Origin: the human T2T-CHM13v2.0 reference genome, Homo sapiens
Direction: 5' to 3' (one strand)
DNA length: 64,000 nt
Assembly: GCF_009914755.1 (NCBI RefSeq)
Contig: NC_060935.1
The position numbers were made by a program, and so were the translations under genes. Position 1 is the first letter of the stretch. Every line of letters begins with the position of its first letter. A model generated the notes under the pieces. That model saw only the letters and a program-made list of their open reading frames with translations. It did no database searches and was not told the DNA's origin. Positions 43,449-57,829 of the stretch are shown piece after piece.

Positions 43449-45190
43449 ACTATGAATTAAGGTCTTTTCCTCTCACTGCTCAACAGTTTTCTTTAAAAAA
43501 GGTCTTTAAAATGCCCTTCTAGACTTACTTACACATAAGTTTTTAAAAAATTGTACATGCCTAAGAAAGGAAACTTTGAGTAAAATAGATTGAATAAAGT
43601 ATTCCTAAAACTTTCTCACATTTGGAGTCCCACTTTTCTGAATTACTTTTTGGCTTAGTCATTAAAAACCATATTTTCTCTACAATGTCATCCTGGGTGC
43701 TAGGTAAGTCTGTGATGACATGTTGATGGGGGTCACAGGAAGGGAGGGACCCAGAAATGCCCAAGGCCTGCCTCACTAATCACATTCCCACCAAGCCTTC
43801 TAAGATTCCCGAGGCAGGACCCACTTAAGGAGCAGTAGTTGGATAGGAGTAGAAGCATCACTTGCCTGTCAGCACTGATAACTCTGATCAAAATACTTAG
43901 AGGCCTTGTCTTGGGAGGCCAAAATGAAGATTTCTACTTGGGCTTTAAATCTCAATTCAGGACTACCCTGTTCCCACAGGGTGTCGGGTATTAATGTGGG
44001 AACCTGGGGTATCTAAAAGGTAGCACTGTCTGTCCTATGCCATGAGATGTTGCCCTACCAGAGCATGAAATCTTGGTTTTCTGGTTTCTTCATCAAAGGG
44101 TTAGCTCAGAGCACCATAGATAGCCACAGGCTATGGGACCAGATCCATTCTCTGGACTGGCATGGGTGCCGATTGCTGAGCCAGGGACAACAGCTTGAGT
44201 CTCAATTAGGGGGCTGGGTCAGACAGCCAAAAGGAGATGCCTGAAAGGGAGTCAGTGATTCAGTCGAGTTCCATTGTTTTCTGGAAGAGGAAGGCTGAGC
44301 AGCATTAATGGCCACATTCATTCTGCAGACAAAAGAACATTTGGTGAGATGATTCACCCCCTTCCCAGCCACGCCTCCCTTTATCACTTCACAGGATGCT
44401 GTACAGACAGAAGGTATTTAAACCTGCTGGCTTGGGCCCAGTTTCCCATCCCACTCTAGATACTCAGTGCTCTCTTTCCTTTTCATCGTGGGGACCAGGC
44501 AGGGAAGTGGGAATAGGCAGGTATTAGTCCTGGGAAGTAATCTTTCCCCCTAAATCAAGAAAGGATTCAAACTTCATATTCCTACGTGGCCTTGAGGAAC
44601 CTTGGCTATCATTTCTTGCTAAGTTCCCAGGAATAGCTGAGAAACTACTTAAGACAAGCTTAGGGTGATCCTAGCCATCTGTACTTATCCAAACAAATGA
44701 AATGAATTAGGACACCCTGTGAGGCCAAAAAGATATGAATATGGCTGTATTTCAAGGTGGCTATCACCATGGGCTCTGGAGCCACAGAGATCTGAGTCTG
44801 ACGCCCGGCTGTGCTACTTATTCTGTGATTCTGGGCTCTGAGCCCTCTTTAAACCTCAGTTCCCATCTCTAGAAGGGGACAATAACAGTGCCTACCTCCC
44901 ATGAGGGTTAACTGAAAGATGTGTGCATTGAAGTTCTCAGCCCAGTCTCCCAGACTGGAGTCCCTTAAGCACTCAATAGACGACAGCAGTTGTTATTCCC
45001 GAGGGTGGGAAAGGGTGAAGGCGGATGACTCAGCACACAATTAGGCATTTAGAGAAGAAATTCTTGTTTCATCCTATTGCCTTTTCCCCCATGGCACATT
45101 TTGCTAATGTCTTTAAAATCTTGACACAGTGTGGTGTCTTGCCTAAAATGATATAATAATGAAGCCACTGTTGGAATGTGGTGAGGGCTG

Positions 45191-45192
<2 letters not shown>

Positions 45193-45226
<34 letters not shown>
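45193..45226 (+). repeat. (GT)17 microsatellite
   Basis: Direct read. Confidence 0.97.
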
Positions 45227-45230
<4 letters not shown>

Positions 45231-46465
45231 ATGTGGTGCCAAATTGGAGAATAAGGATAAGTTTATTAATTCTTTGGTAATTGCAGGCAATAATTGCATT
45301 ACTGTGACAGTCCTACCAGGAGATGAAATTTGCCACTGTGAGGATCTGTTTTTCTTCTATTTTCTGGATTAAGATGTCAATGTTTTTAAAGGTCTCAGGC
45401 ATCTTCCCAGCCTTAACTGAAACCAGTAACTACAGAAATAATTATGTTTCTAGAAACACCAACAGGAACTCAATGCTGGTTTCTGTGTAAGAGCCTGTGA
45501 TCTCGACTTGGTCTCTAGCCCATCTGTGAAGGGAAATATTCTAAAACTTTATTAAACTCCTGTCCTTAGGATGCTGGCATTGGAGTTGTGGCTAACAGTA
45601 GGTGGTGTTAAGTGTAAAGAATACAGTGAGAAGCCTTTCATGCCAAACAGCCCATCTTTTGTGGGTAAACAGTCTGCTCCTGAAGAATAATCCAGCTAGC
45701 TGAGATGAACTGGAAATTCACATCGCAGTCTTCATTACAGCTGAACTCCCAATTGCATTCCAGAGATGGCCTGGGCTGGGTGAGAGAGACTGATATTCCT
45801 TATCTGAAAGTTCCAACTTCCATTGCTGAGGCCCCAAGAATAAGAAAAAAGGCTTTGAAAAAATCTAAGGAAAACTGAAACGCCAAGAAGTTTTTATCAG
45901 AAAATCATTCTGATATCATTCTTTATCAGAAAACCACAGCTCTGGGAGGGACCTCAGAGATGAGCTAGTAACCTAGTTCAAAGCACTGATTTTACAGATG
46001 AGAAAGCTAAGAGGCAGAGAGGTGAGACGCTTAAGGTCAGTAGAGACTAGGACCCAGGTGTCCTACTGCTGGTCTGGTGCTCTTACCATCTGAAACCAGT
46101 CATCACCCGTGTGCGGGTTGCCTGCTGTGTACAAGGGTATTCCCACCTTACAGCATGAAGCTGACTATGTAGTTCGACAAGCAGGGCACATATACACCAA
46201 GTAATAACAATTGGAGTCACATGTGATGAGTACCATGCCTGTGATGGAGCTGAGGCAGAAGAAGGTGACATTTAATTTGCGATAGCTCAGACAAGCTTTA
46301 CCGAGAGATAGGGTTTCAGGGGGTGTCAGGAAAGATGTTTGTGATTTGGGTGAGAGGAAAGAAAGTCCATCTAAATAAGAAAAACACATCTTCAGAAGAG
46401 CAAGGGTAGGAAAGTAAGAGGAATGTTTGTGAGCCAGTGACATTTTGGTAGAAGAGGTAATTTTT

Positions 46466-46761
<296 letters not shown>

Positions 46762-49700
46762 TTAGAATTGGGAGAGACGTCACAGATCATCAAGCTCAAT
46801 TTCCTCATTTTACTGTTGAGAATATTAGGTCCAGAAATTTCAGCTGGCTTGTCCAAGGTTTTATGACTAAGCATGGTAGGGTGGATTAGAACCGCTGCCC
46901 ATGACCCCTCATCCAGATCCTTTTTCACTACATATGCTGACCTTAGGGGAAGTGATGACAGAGACAGAAAGATCACAGAGGACCTTGCATCAGATTCAAG
47001 ATATTTGTACATTAAGCACTGAAGACCTTTGACTCTTTTTGGACTGGGAAGTGAAACATGTTCAGAGTGGTACTACACAAGGATGGAGCTTGGGTCCAGT
47101 TTTGAGTGATGGTGTGTAGCATGAATGGACAAGATGGAAAAGAGGAGCAGAAAGACCAGTTAAAAAGGCCCCAGAACTGGACCAGCTATGAGAATACACT
47201 AACTAGGGTGATGGAAGAGAAAATGGAGAGAAAAGGTTGAATATGACACAGACGTAACCGAAGGGTACAGGAGAGTCGTGGCATAGGTATGGCAGAGGGG
47301 AGTCAAAGATAACTCTGGAAATTCAGAGTTGACCAGTTGTCTATGGAAGAGACCACCTGATACAATTTCTTAGAAACTGTTTTATGTTTTTTCCCTGGCT
47401 TTTGCTGTCATTTCCCCTTAGCACTTCATTCACTTATTCATCCTTTCATCCAACAAATGTTTTTTGAACTCTATGCAAGGCGTTCCATATTCACCCTAGC
47501 CAGTAACTAACTGAACGTGATGATTCTGTTGTTTTCTTGGGATCTGCCTTCTTGAACTCTTCTTGGTCAGGGTTGTTGGAGAGAACTGAGGCGAAATAAG
47601 GAGAACAGCTTGGTTACTGAAAAGAAAAGAACATGATTGTATGGGAGGGTGTTGAAAAGCCAGCAAGATTTCAAATGGGAGGAGGATCAAAGTGTCTTGG
47701 GAAGGCAGGAGGCGGGCTCTGTGCACACAGCAGCTCTTGGGCCTTGGGGAGAATGAAAAGTCCCAGTGTAACAGCGACAAAGGGACTCTTTTGTGCATTC
47801 ACGGTCAGGGGCCTGAAGGGGTGATGAGCAGCCTTTGCCCTGAGGCCTGCTCCAGTGGATCTAGACTCAGGCCACTGCCCCCAGGAGAGTGGAAGGGCCC
47901 TTATATCAGCCATTGGAATGGGGGCAGATGCTGAGGGTTTCTTACGGCAGAGGGAGACCCAGAGGCCACAGCTTTGGAGGACTGAGCCTGGCTGAAAGGC
48001 TCATGCTCCCTACCATCATTCCAGCTCCCAGTGACTCCCTCCCAGAGACACACTGATCTCTGGGTTCCTTTAACAATTATGGTTTGTCCTTCTCTTGGCT
48101 ATTGAGACTCATCATCTATCTTTATTTTGAAGGTTTAGTCTTACCAACCGGACTCTTGAACGAATGTGACAAATAGGTTAAAACATATGGAAAAACTGAT
48201 AGACAGGCTATAGCTATATTGAGACGTATCTTCTCATGCTTCTAGACCAAGCAGAATGATTCTGGGCATCTAGGAAGTTCCAAAATTCTTTCAGTGAGTT
48301 TTGTTTCTGTGTCCTAATAATACCAACAAGAATAGCCTGAAGGGAGGTCCACAAAATAGATTAGGGAAATATAGTCACAAACTCTGAGTTGAATAGCTTC
48401 TCATTCACCTTCCAAAACGCGTAACTATTGAAAACGTCCTCTGGCTGCCTGCCGTGCCCCTGAGGTCAGGATGGTTGGGCTGCAGAGCTGTGCCCTGGAA
48501 CCCTTTCTCTGCCACTTTCTAGTGTGTGACTTTGGGTAAATGAGTGAGTTTCTCTGGATTTTGTTCTTCATAGGTATGATATCTACTTCGCATAGTTTTA
48601 TGAGGAGGGTTTAGCAAGTCTCTGTCAGAGACCAGGTGTGTGCTAAATGGAAAATATTATTGGAATTAACTCTGGGTTAGACCAATTCAGAGTTTAGGAC
48701 ATGGTATCTAATTCTTTCTGTTATCTCATAGTCATTTCCTATGTAGGATTCTGGAATCAAGGAATTTCAATTTCAAAGAAATGTGATCCTCGGGATAAAG
48801 ACTATGGGGATAAAGATGGTGGGATTGTCATGCGTGAATTCCTCCTGGAGGTCAGCTTCCTCATCAGGCTGCCTTATGTCTGGACACCACCAACAACACC
48901 CATTTAGACTCTGTGACAGGAAGCCCGAGGGCTGAGGAGTGGGTAGTTAGTGAAGTCATGTCCCAGCAGGAAAGAGTGAGTGACTTGTGCAAACTGCAAG
49001 TTAAGCTGGGAATACAACCCAGGTGTCCTGAGTCTCCCTCCTATGCCTACTGATAAGGCCCCGTGCCACTCTCTGTATCTGGGGCTGGACCTCTCTGGAG
49101 CCAAGAGAGTGATACCAGGTCATTGGTGAGCTCACGGTGCTGCCCTGGTTTGGACAGAGAGAAGTGTCAGTGCTCCACGGGACGGGCTTTGCCGCTGGGG
49201 TTTCTCAGAGGCCAGCGGTGGGAACAGGTTCTTCCCTGGAGACTAGAAGGAGCACTGAGGTTTGAGGAGGCTCCACAGGCATGGGAAGGAAGAACCACCA
49301 AAGCATTGAAAGGGAAGGGACAGAATGATTTATGAGTAAAACCTAAATGAGCAGAACTTGCTGGCCTGACCTCAACACCAACTGAGGGGCGTGGGAGAGC
49401 ATTCTGCAAATATTTAAGAGGCATCGATGCCAGAGAACTCAATGACTGAACCTGGGTGGAAGGGCGGGGAGGGAGTGCAAAGTTAAGGCTTTCAAGAAAT
49501 CTTGCTCAGAGCCACCGGGGGCAGGGCCTTGTCCCTTAGGGATTGGTGTCTGTCTGGGCATCTCCCTCTGGCACAGGGCTTAAGGGCTATGACTGATCCC
49601 AGGATGCAGACCACGTGAGCCAGAGAAATAGGCCCAGATCACTTCTCCTGTAAGAAATTTGGGCAGAATGTGTAAGGAAAGACAGGCAGTGAGGACAAAA

Positions 49701-50788
49701 TGAAAGAATAGCCCTGTGCTGTCTTTCCATGGCCTGTTCTAACTGGTTTTGGGGAGCAGTGTTATCTATTAGTTCTGGCTTGTTCCACCTTCTCTTGCTT
49801 CCCTCTCTATCATATCTTCCCATTTTATGAAGTCAAAACCTATATGGCCTTCGCAGCCCAGTTCCTCCTTTACCTCCTCTGGGTAGCCCATCCCTACCTC
49901 ACATGGCACACACAGTCATTACCCTCTCCCACCCCCGGTGTACCTCGAAAAGCCATAATATAGTTTAGCATATGAAAGATTCTGTGCTGTCCTATGATAG
50001 AGACATGTTTTGAACTTTGTTTATCCTAATAGATCCTAAATCAGTTTGATCATGAAATCTGACTTTAAGAATATGTTACACGCTGGCTTAGAGGCTTTCT
50101 CACTCGGTGATCCGTGTATGTGTGACTGGCACCCCCTAGTTACATCCTAAGTGAGTCAGTGGTGAAGACATTCTGCTTTCTTTACAATCCTCATAGCACA
50201 CAGCAAACCCTATGTGTTCCTCACGTTTGAGTCTAATTAAAGGGCAAGAAAAGCAACCAGAAACAAAATGAAAAAGCAAATGGCAAAACTGGAAAAAATT
50301 TGTAACATACACAGAGGAATGATACTTTGAACATAGAAAAAACTTCGTGTATTAGTAAGAAAAGCAATGAATGCTGCGGTAGAAATGGGAAAAATCATGA
50401 ACAGTCAATTCACAAAAGAAACACAAAAAGCTCATACGTATTTAAAGTCTTTAATCTCTCAGCAATAAAAATATAAAATAAAAAATGAAGTAACAACTAA
50501 AATGGTAAAAGTAAAAGATTTGGGTTAGCAAGCATATAGGGAAATAAACACTCCTTTCCATTTTTGCCTTTTAAAAAAGTCAGCACATACCTATTTTTTC
50601 AAGATAGTACTAAAATGGGAATTGTCTTATCATGAATCATTTATCAAAAATGTGCTATTACTGGCTGCATAATGTTTCATAATATGGAGTATCAAAATTC
50701 ACTGAGCCACCATTTTATGGCTGGACATTTGGGTAGTTTCCAAGGTCTTGTCTGCTCTTACACTATTAAGATAAAATTTTAATCATAA

Positions 50789-51160
50789 TGTATTAGTTAT
50801 ATACTGCTGTATAACAAATCATTCCCAAGCTAAATAAATATTATGTAACTCAAAACAACAATAGCAATGTAATCTAGTTTCTGTGGGTCAGGAATTTGGA
50901 CAGGGTACATCTGGGTGGCTTGTCTCTGCTCCCTAATGTCTGGGGCTTGCTTCTTCTGGAAGACTGGAAGTGTGGGGCCTGGAATCACCTGAAGGCTCAC
51001 TTACAGAATTGACATTGATGTTTAGCTGGGGCTGTCAGCTACAGCCCTTACACATAGCCTCCCCACATGGCCTGGGCTGCCTCACAACATGGCGGTTAGG
51101 ATCCATGGGCCAGTGAGAAGGGTTTTGCTGCTGTAACAAATTGCCACAAGCTTAGTGGCT
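50789..51160 (-). mobile_element. MLT1F/G-like MaLR LTR fragment(s)
   Basis: TGTATTAGTTAT..TGCTGTATAACAAATCA...GTTTCTGTGGGTCAGGAATTTGG...GGGCTGCCTCACAACATGGCGG. Confidence 0.75.
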
Positions 51161-52070
51161 TGGGTTGGGGTTGTCTGCTCATGCAGCTTACTCATGCCCT
51201 CCCATCCTGCTCAGGCTCAATCTCAGAAATACACCTTCCATTTTATGTTGGCTCATCAGCTTTGTGGCTTATGTCTGATAGAGCACGGCTCACCTCATAA
51301 TGGGCAGTTCCACGTGTGTGCTTACTTGCTGTCCTGTGGTCAAGCATTCTGTCTCTACCAGGGCTCAATAATATGCCAAGAACTGTTCTCAGATGGCCTT
51401 ACACCAGAATCACAGAGGCCTATATCGTGATTTTCCACTGGGGCTCATCAAAATCTCCATGCTGCATCTTTCCCCAACATGGACACTACCAGCACCGCAG
51501 AGTCTGCCAGATTACATGGCCTGAGTGTCAAGACTTTTGGCACCATGGTCTGGACGTACTGCAGAGAACTTTCCTAATCTGGACCCCTCTCAAGGCTGGC
51601 AGCCTCCCATGCCATCCAGTATATGGAGAAGAGCAATCTTTCTAGATGAGGACTGTGTGGCCTAGGAAACCCAAAGAAGCCAGCCAGGCTCTGTGCTTCC
51701 ATCTTTGTGGCGGTGGATGTAAGATGCAGCAATCTGTCTTTTACTCTGGAGGGCATATCCTAGTATGCCTCTTACTACTGAACCCCTAAAAACTTCATTG
51801 AAGTGGCTGATCTCTGAATCTTCCTGGGGTTTATAACCTACCTCTGGAGTGCATGTGTTTTCCCAAAGCCCATTCTTCCCAATCAACATGAGCTTGTGAT
51901 ATAATGGGTCAGTGCCATATTCTGTGAGATATCTAGGCAGTCAGATATCTTTGGATTTTATTGTGACAGGGAGAGGGAGAGTTCATATAGCCTCATGGAA
52001 AATCTGTGAAGGAATATCATTTTCTGGCTCACACAAATGCAAACTGTTTCTAATTCTATTTATTTTTTAA

Positions 52071-52242
52071 TTCTTTTTTTTTAAGAGATGAAGTCTCACT
52101 CTGTTGCCTCAGTTGGAGTGCAGTGGCTAGTCACAGGTGCAATCATGGCTCACTGCAACCTTGAACTCCTGGGCTCAAGCAATCCTCCCTCCTCAGTCTC
52201 CCAAGTAGCTGGGACTACAGGTGCACGCTGCCATCCCCAGCT
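52071..52242 (-). mobile_element. FAM-like fossil Alu monomer
   Basis: Monomer keeping the 7SL-derived GCAGTGGCTAGTCACAGGTGC segment that dimeric Alu arms lack. Confidence 0.75.
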
Positions 52243-52789
52243 GATTCTCTCTTTTTAATTGGAATGGAAAAAATACATTTGCAAAATCAGTGGTCACATA
52301 CTCTGATACCTTATTCATCTACTCTAGCAATAAAATCTTTTTGGATACATTAGCTACAATGGGAGTTCCTACTTGCTTAGGCCTGTGGTTGTGTACAGTC
52401 ATTCTCCGTGGTTCATTGGCTTCTGCAGGGGCCAGACTGGTAGATTAACAGGAGATATCATAGGGATTACAGGTCCAGCATTTTATTGTTAATGGTAACA
52501 CTTGCCATGCCATCCCCCCCAGGGATGTGACACTGGCTGAGGGAGTTGGGGTAACAATTCAGAAATTACCAATTAAGGTTTCCTACTATGATAGCTCCTA
52601 TCCCATAATCCAGGGACCCATCAGGGTTACTCCAGCTGGCAAGCAGGACAATTCCAATAATATGCTTGGGGATAGTGTGCATCTGTGGACCCTGTACGCC
52701 CACCATGAGCTGTACTGTAGGTAGACCTGTCGTGAGCCAGGACCATACTTATTACCTGGCTTCAGAGGTCTTAGTTCTAACAGAGGGGC

Positions 52790-53176
52790 TGTATTAGTCT
52801 GTTCTCTCATTGCTATAAAGAACTACTGGAGACTGGGTAATTTATAAAGAAAAGAGGTTTAATTGACTCAGTTTGGCAGGCTGTACAGGAAGCATGGCTG
52901 AGGAGGCCTCAGGAAACTTACAATCATGACGAAGATGAGAGGAAGGAGTCACACCTTACACGGCCAGAGAAGAAGGAAGAAAGTGAAGGTTGCGGGGGCA
53001 GTGTTACATACTTTCAAACAACTAGATCTCATGAGAACTCACTCATTATCATGAAAACAGCAAGGGGGAAATCTACCCCCCATAGTCCAATCACCTCTCA
53101 CCAGGCTCCTTCTCCAACACTGAGAATTACAATTTAACATGAGATTTGGGGAGTGGCACAAATCCAAACTATATCA
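52790..53176 (-). mobile_element. MSTA solo LTR
   Basis: TGTATTAGTCTGTTCTCTCATTGCTATAAAGAACTAC...GAGGCCTCAGGAAACTTACAATCATG...AAATCCAAACTATATCA. Confidence 0.92.
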
Positions 53177-53521
53177 TGGACCATTCCCATGCTGTGGGTC
53201 TCTGGGTGTCAATGTCAACTTAGAGCCTACATTCACTTGTCCTGGAAAATTCTGGTTATTCCCTTTCCCTGATATACAGTCACATGAGAAGATGGCTGTA
53301 GGACCCTCTGGGAATCACATGGTATCTATCATGAGATATTTGCCATGATGGGCAAGGTGTTTCCTCTTACTAATCTAGTAATGTCTCCAGTCAATGGGTA
53401 TCAGTCAGGTCTGAGAAATGAGCAAGAGATAATATTTTGATTGGGATAAACTTCTTCTGCCTTCAGCTTCCTCCTCCTCCAATTTTGCCTTTTTTGGATT
53501 ATAAATATTAGGCAGTACTCT

Positions 53522-55899
53522 TAAAAATTTCTTTGATTTGTCCAAATTTATGGGGTACATGAGAAATTTTGTTACATGTATATAATGTATAGTGGACAAG
53601 TCAGAGTATTTAGGGCATTCATCACCCAAGGACAGTACACTTTTGTTAACCCTAGACACCTTTCTTTGCTAGTACACATTGAATTTATTTCTTCTATTTT
53701 ACTGTGTGTTTGTATCCTTTAACCCACTTCTCCTCATCCTCCTCCCTCCTCCCACTCACCTTCCCCAGTCTTTGTTATCTGTCCATGCTGTACCTCTGTG
53801 TGATTAAAGTTTTTAGCTTCCATATATAAGTGAGAACACGTGATACTTGTTTTTTTGTGCCTGGCTTATTTCATTTAAGATAATGACTTTCAGGTCTGTC
53901 CATGTTGCTGCAAACAACATGATTTCATTCTTTTAAAATGACTGAATAGTATTCCATTGTGTGTATATACCACATTTTCTTTATCCAGTCATCTGTTGAT
54001 GGACACGAGGTCAATTCTATATCTTTCCTATTGTGAATATTGGTGCAATAAACAATAGAGTGCAAGTATCCATTTGATATATTATTTTCCTTTGGATAAA
54101 TAGTAGTGAAATTCCTGGATCATATGGTTCTATTTTTAGTTTTTTTGAGAAATCTCCATACTATTTTTCATAGTGACTATACTAGTTTACATTCCCACCA
54201 ACGGTGTGTAAGAGTTCCCTTTTCTCCTCATCTTTGCCAACATCTGTTACTTTTTGTCTTTTTAATAATAGCCATTCTGACTGGGGTAAGATGCTGTCTC
54301 ATTATGGTTGTGATTTGCATTTCTCTGATGGTTAGTGATGTTGAACATTTTTAAATATACCTGTTGGCCATTTGTATGTCATCTTTTGAGAAATGTCTAT
54401 TCATGTCCTTTGCCTACTTTTTAATGAGATTATTGTTTTTGTTTTTTTTTCCTGTTGAGTTGTTTGAGTTCCTTGTATATTCAGGATATTAGTTACATGT
54501 CAAATGAATAGTTTGCAAATATTTTCTCCTATTCAACAGGTTGTCTCTTCACTTTGTTGACTATTTATTTTGCTGTGCAGAGCTTTTTAGTTTAATTAAG
54601 TCCCATTTGTCTATTTTTGTTTTTATTGCCTGTGCTTTTGAAGTCTCAGTCATACATTCTTTACCTAGACCGATGTCCAGGAGAGTTTTCCCTAAGTTTT
54701 TTTCTAATACTTTTATAGTTTTAGGTCTTCTGTGTAAGTCTTTAATCCATTTTGAGTTGATTTTTGTATATGGTGAGAGATACAGGTCCAGTTTCATTTT
54801 TCTGCATGTGGCTATCCAAATTTCCCAGCACTGGCTGGGTGGGTGGCTTACACCTGTAATCCCAGAACTTTGGGAGGCAGAGGCAGGTGGATCACTTGAG
54901 GTCAGGAGTTCAAGAACAGCCTGGCCAACCTGGTGAAACCCCATCTCTACTAAAAATACAAAAATTAGCTGGGCTTGGTGAGGCGGGCCTGTAGTCTCTG
55001 CTACTCAGGAGGCTGAGGTGGGAGACTTGCTTGAACCCAGGAGGTGGAAGTTGCGGTGAGCTGAGATTATACCACTGTGCTCCAGCCTGAGTGACGGAGT
55101 GAGACTCCATCTCAAAACAAATAAATAAAAATAAAAAAACAAAACAAATTTCCCAGCACCATTTTTTAAAGAGAGTGTCCTTTCTCTGATGTAAATTCTT
55201 CTCAGCTTTGTTGAAGATCAGTTGGCTGTGAATATCAGTTGGCTTTATTACTGGGTCTCTGTTCTGTTCCATTGATCTATGTGTCTATTTTATAGCAATA
55301 TCATGTTGTTTTGGTTACTATAGCCTTGTCATATTTTTGAAGCCAGGTAATGTGATGCCACCAGCTTTGTTCTTTTTGCTCAGGATTGCTTTGACTATTT
55401 GAGATTTCTTTTGGTTCTGTAGTAATTTTAGGAATTTTTTTCTAATTTTGTGAAGAACGACCTTCATATTTTGATAGAGTTTGCATTGAATCTGTAGAGT
55501 TCTTTGGGCAATATGGCCATTTTAACTATATTAATTCTTCTGAACTACGAGCATGGGATTTTTTTTTTAATAATCAATTTGTTTAATCAGTGTTTTTAAG
55601 TTTTCCTTGTAGAAATCTTTCACTTCCTTGGTTAAATTTATTCCTAGGCATTTAATATATTTTTGTAGTTATTGTAAATGGGATTGTCTTCTTGATTTCT
55701 TTCTTGGCTAGATCCTTATTGGTGTATAGAAACACTACTGTGTTTTGTATGTTGACTTTGTATGCTGCAACTTTACTGAATTTATTTATCAAATCTAAGA
55801 GGTTTTTTTTTTGGTGTGGTCTTTAGGTTTAGCTAGATAAAGGATCATAATATCAGCAAAGAGGGGCAATAAGACTTCCCCTTTTCCAGTTTGGATGTC
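53522..55899 (-). mobile_element. 5'-truncated L1MA1/2-like element with Alu insertion
   Basis: ORF2 remnants ([34 protein letters not shown]); TSD TA(G/A)GCAG(T/C)ACTCT at 53509-53521 and 55900-55912. Confidence 0.9.
54833..55144 (+). mobile_element. AluS (Sx/Sz-like)
   Basis: Perfect 15-bp TSD CAAATTTCCCAGCAC at 54817-54831 and 55145-55159. Confidence 0.95.
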
Positions 55900-56017
55900 T
55901 AAGCAGCACTCTGGTTGCCTCTATTTCTCTGGAGCCCTTTCATTCTGGTGGATATTAACAAGCCCAGCTTTGTTCCTGTCTTTCCTACCATGAGTCATGC
56001 AGGGGAAAGCCACCATG

Positions 56018-56193
56018 AAGGTTGCCAGATAAAATGCAAGATGCCCGTTCAACTTTGAATTGCAGATAAACAACGGCATTTTCAAAAGTGTAATTCAAAA
56101 TCTTCATAGAATATACTTATACAAACAATATTGTTTATCTGAAATTCAAAGTTAACTGGAATCCTGTATTTTTATTTGCTAAATCTGGCAACT
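56018..56193. mobile_element. MER53 palindromic DNA-transposon MITE
   Basis: GGTTGCCAGATAAAAT...CAGATAAACAA / TTGTTTATCTG...ATCTGGCAAC long inverted arms. Confidence 0.88.
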
Positions 56194-57829
56194 GTCATCC
56201 CCATCAACATTCTTTGGATCAGTGGCCCAGGTAAAGGGTGGGTCTTTGGGGCACTCCTATGGAACACAGTCCTCTGGTGGGTCTTCCAGCCTTACATAAT
56301 CCATCTGCCCCAGCAGGACCACTTCTCTCAGCCTCTTCATGCCTTCCTCTACTGCCTGCCAGGGCAGCTTGGACTTGTCCAACTTGATGAGTGACCACGA
56401 TTTTTCCAGGGTTTTAAAAGCCATCCCAGCAGCTGTTTGTGCCATCACCTGAGGTTTTTCCAACAGTGTTAAATCCATTGATCAGAGAATGTCCTGAAGT
56501 CAATTAACATTTGCTTACTAAGTCTTTCATTCTGGCCATCAAGTGCCTTCAGAATGCAATCCCAGGAGCACTCCTTGCTCCTGCTGGCACATGGAGGCTA
56601 ATGTTTGCAAATCTTTCAGTGTACAGTTTCTTTCCTCCCCTAGTAGGTACAGTGTGTGCCCAGCTAAGTTATCCTTGGATTTACTGGACTATGCTCTAAG
56701 TTTTGGCCAAGCAACCAGGAAAGGCAATAGGGTCAGCTTCTGAGGGGGCACCTGTTGCCTCGTTGGGGAGATGCCCCTGCAGCATCTTCCATCACCAAAG
56801 TGCTAGCTCTTCCTAGTAAGGGGTGAGCCATCTCTGCAAGCCCAGAGGGTCTGTGGAGGAGGGGATGCTTACAGCATTAACATCTTCCATCAGGAAGTTC
56901 CTGTACCACATTCAGAGACCAGGTTTTGTCCACCAGGGCTCTGACTTTTGCATAAGAAATCCATATTCGCTAAGTACTTAACTGTTTCTGGAGCTCCGTG
57001 ACTCAGAGTTAGACATTTGGCCTTCCATTAAGCTGTGTCTGTTCATCCACTGCCAGAGACAAGGGCCTCACCAACAGCTCCCAAAGAGGCCCTGTGGCTC
57101 TCACACAGCCACTATTGGTTAATGGCCCTCAGTCTTTATCATTCTTTATAATTTATAAATTTATAAAGGGCCTCTATATAATTTAGCAATAATTAGCCAA
57201 CTCTGTTGTCTTTATAGGTATTGATCTTTCCATATTTTAAAAATCCTACGGCATTCCCCCCAGCTGCAACATTTCCTATGGTACCACTGGTGAAATCTTT
57301 AGGAATTTGAGCCACCACCTTGTACCAGAGACTATCTGAGCTTCATCTGCCAACAAGGATGGCTGGATGAGCCAGCTCAAATCTTAAATCCCTATATAAC
57401 CTCCTCTTTTTTCTTGGACCACTCCTGGACCACTTGTGCTAGCAGTCCTCTCTGAGAAGCAGAAGCCAAGATGGGGTTAGAGAAAATGAGGAAGGAGGTA
57501 GGAAGGGCTGGGAGAGCTATCAGCCTGTACTATAGGTCTATCCCCCACTGAAGGTGAGAGGAAAGGAAGGAAGTTTGGGTAGAAGGCTCCTAGTCTACAT
57601 TAAAGTTCGAAGAATGCCCCACAGGCTGCAGGGTAGTGTTCAAGCCAAAGTAGCTTATCAAGGTGCCCCAAGTCTTCTGGGTACAGGACTACTTAGGATC
57701 CTGGTATGCTTGGTCCTTAGCCTGGAACAGCTGTGGGAAGTGTGCGTGGCCTGAGTGCAGAGTGCAGTAGTTGGGGTTGTCAGTCTTGCACAGCTGGAGA
57801 CATGGGATGTCCATTTCCATGGTTTCCAG

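Noticed and set aside
56018-56193. Long hairpin as a possible miRNA or ncRNA gene
   Set aside because: Explained by the palindromic MER53 MITE; no evidence of processing
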